Source: Verrucomicrobia bacterium Opi.OSU.00C (GTDB taxonomy: Bacteria; Verrucomicrobiota; Verrucomicrobiia; Opitutales; PNEW01). Taken from it: a stretch of DNA of 63,627 nucleotides. The DNA lies in NCBI GenBank assembly GCA_002922725.1, contig PNEW01000003.1, positions 1 through 63,627 of the forward strand, read 5' to 3'. The notes beneath the pieces were generated by a model. The model was not told the DNA's origin. It made no database searches and was given only the letters and a program-made list of their open reading frames with translations. Below, piece by piece: positions 59,738 through 63,627 of the stretch (positions are counted from its first letter, which is position 1; every line of letters starts with the position of its first letter). Made by a program: the position numbers and the translations under genes.

Positions 59738-60850
59738 TTAATTCCAATTCCTAATAAAATTGTCGATATCGAAAAGTGAAGGACTTTTTGCTGTACTCAC
59801 ATAATAACTTGAAAAGGCAACCGCTAAGGTAAGGCAAGCGGGCGGACTCAATCCTAGGATTAAACCAATAGTAAATCCAGCATTGAAATGATCACCAGCA
59901 CCTGTCGTTATTTTTGGTTCATTAGTATAGGTTCCTTGAATCCACCAAGAGTCATCCTTTGTCGCACAAGCTGCGGATTCAAGTGGGTGGATAACGACAT
60001 ATTGGATTTCCAAATCTTGACGAATAAGTGTGGCCATTTTCTTGAGACCCATTGCGTCAGATTTAAGTGTTTTATGACCCAAAACTTTGAATACCTGTTG
60101 CGCTTCTTTATAGTTAAGCCCAAGACAGACGTTTCCATGGCTGCGAAATCTTGTTATTGTTGAGAGGACTACTTTAAGGTCACCGTCAGGTCTCTTTTGG
60201 GGGTCTGACAAATCGAAAAAAAATAGACGTCCATTATGAGGTGGCAAGTTGGGTAAAACATTTTCCAGTAGAGCAACGAATATAGCAGTCATATTGGGTA
60301 TCATCGTCCAGTTTAGTAGGGAGATTAAATTGGCTCTTGATAAGGCATCATAGAATGCTCCTTCACCTGCGTTATCTAGAATATTGAAATAAGTAATATT
60401 TTCGATACCTGAGGTGTCATTGATCATAATTTTCCCATCTGAAAATTCTAAGGCAAGTGTGACACCTGGTTCACTAACGGATACAGCATCAGTTCTTTTT
60501 GCAAATTCTTTAAAAACAGGATGAATACTGGGTTTACCTAGTGCCCCTAAATATTTAACATGCATTCCTGTTGTCAGTAATGCATTGGCCATAATTGGTC
60601 CATTTCCTCCGATTTTTTCGGTTTTTGGGTAGACTTCAATATTCGTGCTTTTCCCTGCAGCTCCAGATATACGAGTACCTAATTCACAAATTCTATTAAT
60701 CGCGGTAAAGTTATCTCCGGGACCTAGGCGTTTATCGACTACTGTCATAATCTTATCGACAAATCCGTCAAATCCCACAACAGCATTTTTAGAGCTTATC
60801 GCATTGCCTTTACATTCAAGTTCTTCTAAAGTTCCTTTATTGAAATTCAT
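59738..60850 (-). CDS. Ribokinase-superfamily sugar kinase (PfkB-like; substrate unknown)
   Basis: 370 aa. GGNGPIMANAL near the N-terminal third and the C-terminal anion-hole/catalytic motif TTGAGDHFNAGF. Confidence 0.7.
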   Translation of the reverse strand: MNFNKGTLEELECKGNAISSKNAVVGFDGFVDKIMTVVDKRLGPGDNFTAINRICELGTRISGAAGKSTNIEVYPKTEKIGGNGPIMANALLTTGMHVKYLGALGKPSIHPVFKEFAKRTDAVSVSEPGVTLALEFSDGKIMINDTSGIENITYFNILDNAGEGAFYDALSRANLISLLNWTMIPNMTAIFVALLENVLPNLPPHNGRLFFFDLSDPQKRPDGDLKVVLSTITRFRSHGNVCLGLNYKEAQQVFKVLGHKTLKSDAMGLKKMATLIRQDLEIQYVVIHPLESAACATKDDSWWIQGTYTNEPKITTGAGDHFNAGFTIGLILGLSPPACLTLAVAFSSYYVSTAKSPSLFDIDNFIRNWN

Positions 60851-61013
60851 AAATTTTAAATTAAATATTTTTATAATGAGTTTAGCAACGTATCATGGCC
60901 ATGCAAGCTAGCAATGAGACGTTAAACAATTATTTCTGATTTCAGGTTTGCCAATAGGTGTTTAATGTAACGATACTGTAAGCCCCATATCATGTCCTCA
61001 ATCTTTTTATTAT

Positions 61014-61736
61014 TTGGATATGCTCTTGTATAAAATAATATTTTCACCGGTTGTATTAGGTACATCGCCCAATGTATTTACTTACTTCAGCCAATCGAAT
61101 ACTGCGGGAAAATTTATCGTTATCGGCCTGCTCCTTTTAAGTTTGCTCGCATGGACAGTTATGGTTGGTAAATACCTTGATTTAAAACGGTTACGGGATT
61201 TGAACTTAATTTTACAAAATAAACTCAACCAAACTAATACTGTATTAAATCTTGATACTCAATTTTATCGTCATGTAAGTGGGCCTTATGGTATTCTTTC
61301 AAAGAATGCCATTGATGCATTTTATCGTACTGAACATGGCTGGAAAAATGAAACGGCACGTATCGGACATGTCGAAAACTCCCTTCAAAGATCCGTTGCT
61401 GAGGTAACTATTTTATATGAGTCAAAAATGGTTTTACTAGGCTCTATTGTTTCAGGTGCTCCATTTCTCGGGTTACTTGGAACGGTCTGGGGTGTAATGG
61501 ATGCTTTTGGTTCGATTGCCTTAAAAAGTAGTGCTAACATCCAAACACTCGCACCGGGAGTTTCCGGGGCATTACTTACTACTGTTGCGGCCCTACTTGT
61601 TGCTATCCCTTCAGTTTTTGGGTATAATTATTTGCTTACTCAATCAAAAATAATGATTACTGACTTAGAAAACTTTGCCAGCTCCTTTGCCGATCGAATC
61701 GAACTGGAAGCTTACATGGTGAAAGAAGATGAGTAA
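61014..61736 (+). CDS. exbB: MotA/TolQ/ExbB proton-channel protein
   Basis: 240 aa with three TM helices. GAPFLGLLGTVWGVMDAF and APGVSGALLTTVAALLVAIP motifs. Confidence 0.85.
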   Translation: MDMLLYKIIFSPVVLGTSPNVFTYFSQSNTAGKFIVIGLLLLSLLAWTVMVGKYLDLKRLRDLNLILQNKLNQTNTVLNLDTQFYRHVSGPYGILSKNAIDAFYRTEHGWKNETARIGHVENSLQRSVAEVTILYESKMVLLGSIVSGAPFLGLLGTVWGVMDAFGSIALKSSANIQTLAPGVSGALLTTVAALLVAIPSVFGYNYLLTQSKIMITDLENFASSFADRIELEAYMVKEDE

Positions 61737-61758
61737 TAGATATTAGACTTTAATAATA

Positions 61759-62175
61759 ATGGCACGAACATTTCACCGTAGAGATAGGCTAAGTGCGATC
61801 TCTGAAATTAATATAATGCCACTGCTTGACTTGGCGTTTGCGCTTTTAATTATTTTTATGATTACAGCACCTCTACTTGAACAAAGTATAGATCTGAATT
61901 TGCCTTTTGAAGATCAAAAGTTACAATCATCGACAGAGAAGAAACGATTTTTAACCATTTCTATAAATAATGAGGGGCTCTATTTTTGGGATGATCGTGA
62001 AGTAGACAAAGCAAAACTAACTGAGTTGCTTGAAGATATATCAGCGCAATTAGATAAACCTGTTATAAGTATTCGTGCTGATCGTGAAATTCCCTACCAG
62101 AAGGTTATTACTGTGATCGATCTAGTGAAGCAAAATAACCTGACGAAGATCAGTCTCGATACCCAAATAAAATGA
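61759..62175 (+). CDS. exbD: Biopolymer transport protein ExbD/TolR
   Basis: 138 aa. INIMPLLDLAFALLIIFMITAPL with the conserved Asp in the TM helix, and a periplasmic domain ending VISIRADREIPYQKVITVIDLVK. Confidence 0.88.
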   Translation: MARTFHRRDRLSAISEINIMPLLDLAFALLIIFMITAPLLEQSIDLNLPFEDQKLQSSTEKKRFLTISINNEGLYFWDDREVDKAKLTELLEDISAQLDKPVISIRADREIPYQKVITVIDLVKQNNLTKISLDTQIK

Positions 62176-62202
62176 AATCACATTTCCCGATGTGAATGTG
62201 GC

Positions 62203-62892
62203 ATGGAATTAACTTCGAAAACAGCCTTTTATGTATCAGTTATATTACATACCGTCATTTTCGTTATATTAATTGTGTGGACACTGATTAGTTATCTTTT
62301 CGCGAAAGAAGATGACTTTGTATTTACGATGATATCGCCACCTACGTCCTCATTGCAGAATGAAAAACGTCCTATTATTAACGAAGATACTATAGTGAAG
62401 CCACAGGTTTCAGAAGTTGAAGTAGAACCATTACCAAGTTTATCCTATGAAGAATTTTTAAAACAACACGGTGCACCAAAAGATCAAAATTACATAACCT
62501 CAGTAAAAAGAGTAGTAAAAGTAAAAAATATTGATATCGAAAACTTGAGAGTAGAATTGGAAAAAGCGCTTTCCAGTGATCATTGGCAGAAAGTGAGCCG
62601 TATGACAGTGGTTCAGCAAGATGAGATTCAACGATACATAGGTAGTCTTAAGGCTCAGATAAATCAGGCATGGAATAAACCATCACAACTTTCAGGGCGC
62701 CAATTTATTGCGACCTTACGTTTCACCATATCGCAAAATGGCACCATTTCAAATATCCAAGTTATCAATTCATCTAAAAATGAATTATTTGATAATTCTG
62801 TAATTGACGCTTTTGATCGTGTAGGGCAGGCCGTGTCTACTCCCGACGGTAACAAATATACTCTAATCTTAACCTTTCGTATGAAGGAATAA
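62203..62892 (+). CDS. TonB/TolA-family energy-transducer protein
   Basis: 229 aa with an N-terminal TM anchor. C-terminal domain (IQRYIGSLKAQINQAWNKP...ATLRFTISQNGTISNIQVINSSKNELFDNSVIDAF) is TonB_C/TolA_III-like. It lies directly downstream of exbB-exbD. Confidence 0.72.
   Translation: MELTSKTAFYVSVILHTVIFVILIVWTLISYLFAKEDDFVFTMISPPTSSLQNEKRPIINEDTIVKPQVSEVEVEPLPSLSYEEFLKQHGAPKDQNYITSVKRVVKVKNIDIENLRVELEKALSSDHWQKVSRMTVVQQDEIQRYIGSLKAQINQAWNKPSQLSGRQFIATLRFTISQNGTISNIQVINSSKNELFDNSVIDAFDRVGQAVSTPDGNKYTLILTFRMKE
62421..62524. repeat. Left arm of a 104-nt perfect inverted repeat (inside the tonB-like gene)
   Basis: Base-by-base comparison shows the reverse complement of 62421..62524 equals 63524..63627. 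Confidence 0.97.
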
Positions 62893-62930
62893 AATGTTCA
62901 TGGAGGTTGCCATAATAACTGATTTCGGCA

Positions 62931-63523
62931 ATGGAGAGAATACGTTTCGCACAAATTAAAGTATACCCAGTTAAGGGTGAATTACGTTTGAACCATTCCC
63001 GATTATTGGAGATACTTTATGAAGTAGAGTCATTTAAACCAGATATTGTTATTACCCCTGAGTGTTTTCTTGATGGTTATGTTGCTACTGAAAGTTTTGT
63101 GACCAGAGCTAATATCGAAAAATATGCGATTAATCCAGATAGATCACCCTATGTTAAAACCATCTCTGAATGGGCTAAGATCAATAACTCATGGTTCATT
63201 TACGGTTTCACCCGATTAAGTGAGGAAGGTGTTTATAATTCGGCTCTCATTGTTAATCGATCTGGAGATAAGGTTGGGATCTACGATAAAGTTCACTGTC
63301 AAAGTCATGACGAAAAATATCTTCCAGGAAAAAGTTTACCAGTTTTTAAGTCTGATTTCGGATTGTTTGGTGTCATGATATGTGCTGATCGGAGATGGCC
63401 AGAAACCGTGCGATCTCTAGCCTTGAAAGGTGCTCGTATTGTTTTTTAATCCGACTTATGGCGCTCATGATACATTAAATGAACATATGATGCAGACTCG
63501 ATCCTATGAAAATGAAATATTTA
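62931..63523 (+). pseudogene. Carbon-nitrogen hydrolase (nitrilase superfamily), broken by a +1 frame change in a T6 run (63442..63447) and then truncated at the inverted-repeat junction
   Basis: Catalytic triad context is present: ITPECFL (Glu), YDKVHC (Lys), VMICADRRWPE (Cys). After ARIVF-TAA the next frame continues NPTYGAHDTLNEHMMQTRSYENEIFI, the expected family continuation, up to 63523. Confidence 0.8.
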
Positions 63524-63627
63524 TTACTTTTACTACTCTTTTTACTGAGGTTATGTAATTTTGATCTTTTGGTGCACCGTGTTGTTTTAAAAATTCTTCA
63601 TAGGATAAACTTGGTAATGGTTCTACT
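63524..63627. repeat. Right arm of the 104-nt perfect inverted repeat; runs to the last base of the window
   Basis: Identical to the reverse complement of 62421..62524. The match stops at a mismatch at 63523 versus 62525. Confidence 0.97.

Noticed and set aside
62421-63627. Inverted repeats as the arms of a programmed invertible switch giving TonB-like protein variants
   Set aside because: Inversion between the arms would fuse the tonB-like frame to ...KV-INISFS-stop and would scramble the hydrolase gene. No recombinase gene is nearby, and the right arm ends exactly at the sequence end. A chimera or assembly fold-back explains this better.
1-63627. Mobile elements, prophage, defence islands, toxin-antitoxin pairs, secondary-metabolite clusters
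   Set aside because: I looked through every ORF in the track. All long ORFs have housekeeping or metabolic assignments, or are single unknowns. There is no integrase, transposase, recombinase, nuclease-helicase pair or methyltransferase, and no atypical-composition block evident by eye.

Overview
This is an AT-rich (judged by eye, not computed) chromosomal segment from a diderm bacterium. LptD, LptF/G, TolC, ExbB/ExbD/TonB and MenA are present; I cannot place the phylum from sequence alone. It is almost entirely core metabolism and housekeeping, with about 58 protein genes and one tRNA-Val(TAC). Main gene groups:
- Sulfur/siroheme: cysI 3' end, cysE, hemC, cobA-hemD fusion, hemL, hemW.
- Amino-acid biosynthesis: asd, ilvN-ilvC, trpF, hisA, and the run serA-plsY-hom-lysC-thrC-cimA.
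- Proteostasis: tig-clpP-clpX.
- Nucleic-acid functions: rho, rpoZ, smpB, trmL, an rluA-family gene, xseB, tmk-holB, mutS, scpA.
- Envelope: lptD, lptF/G, tolC-like, SLT lipoprotein, exbB-exbD-tonB.
- Carbohydrate genes: glgB, rpiB, an enolase-superfamily dehydratase, an HpcH aldolase, an aldo-keto reductase (AKR) and a PfkB-like kinase.

I saw no transposase, integrase, phage, toxin-antitoxin, restriction, CRISPR or other defence genes, and no rRNA. I therefore do not claim a convincing novel multi-gene system. The unusual content is a set of lesions and oddities:
1. Three genes (the AKR, mutS, a C-N hydrolase) are each broken by a +1 frame change inside a 6-nt homopolymer. Two of the breaks abut a 0-frame stop codon.
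2. scpA carries an in-frame TAA, and its conserved C-terminal winged-helix is still encoded in frame downstream.
3. The last 104 nt of the window are a perfect reverse complement of 62421..62524. This fold-back cuts the C-N hydrolase gene.
4. Smaller items include a C9 tract at the trmL start, a perfect 20-bp tandem duplication upstream of hemC, a 10-bp hairpin in the rho leader, and several ~0.4-0.5 kb ORF-free gaps.

Sequencing or assembly artefact is a serious alternative for items 1-3.
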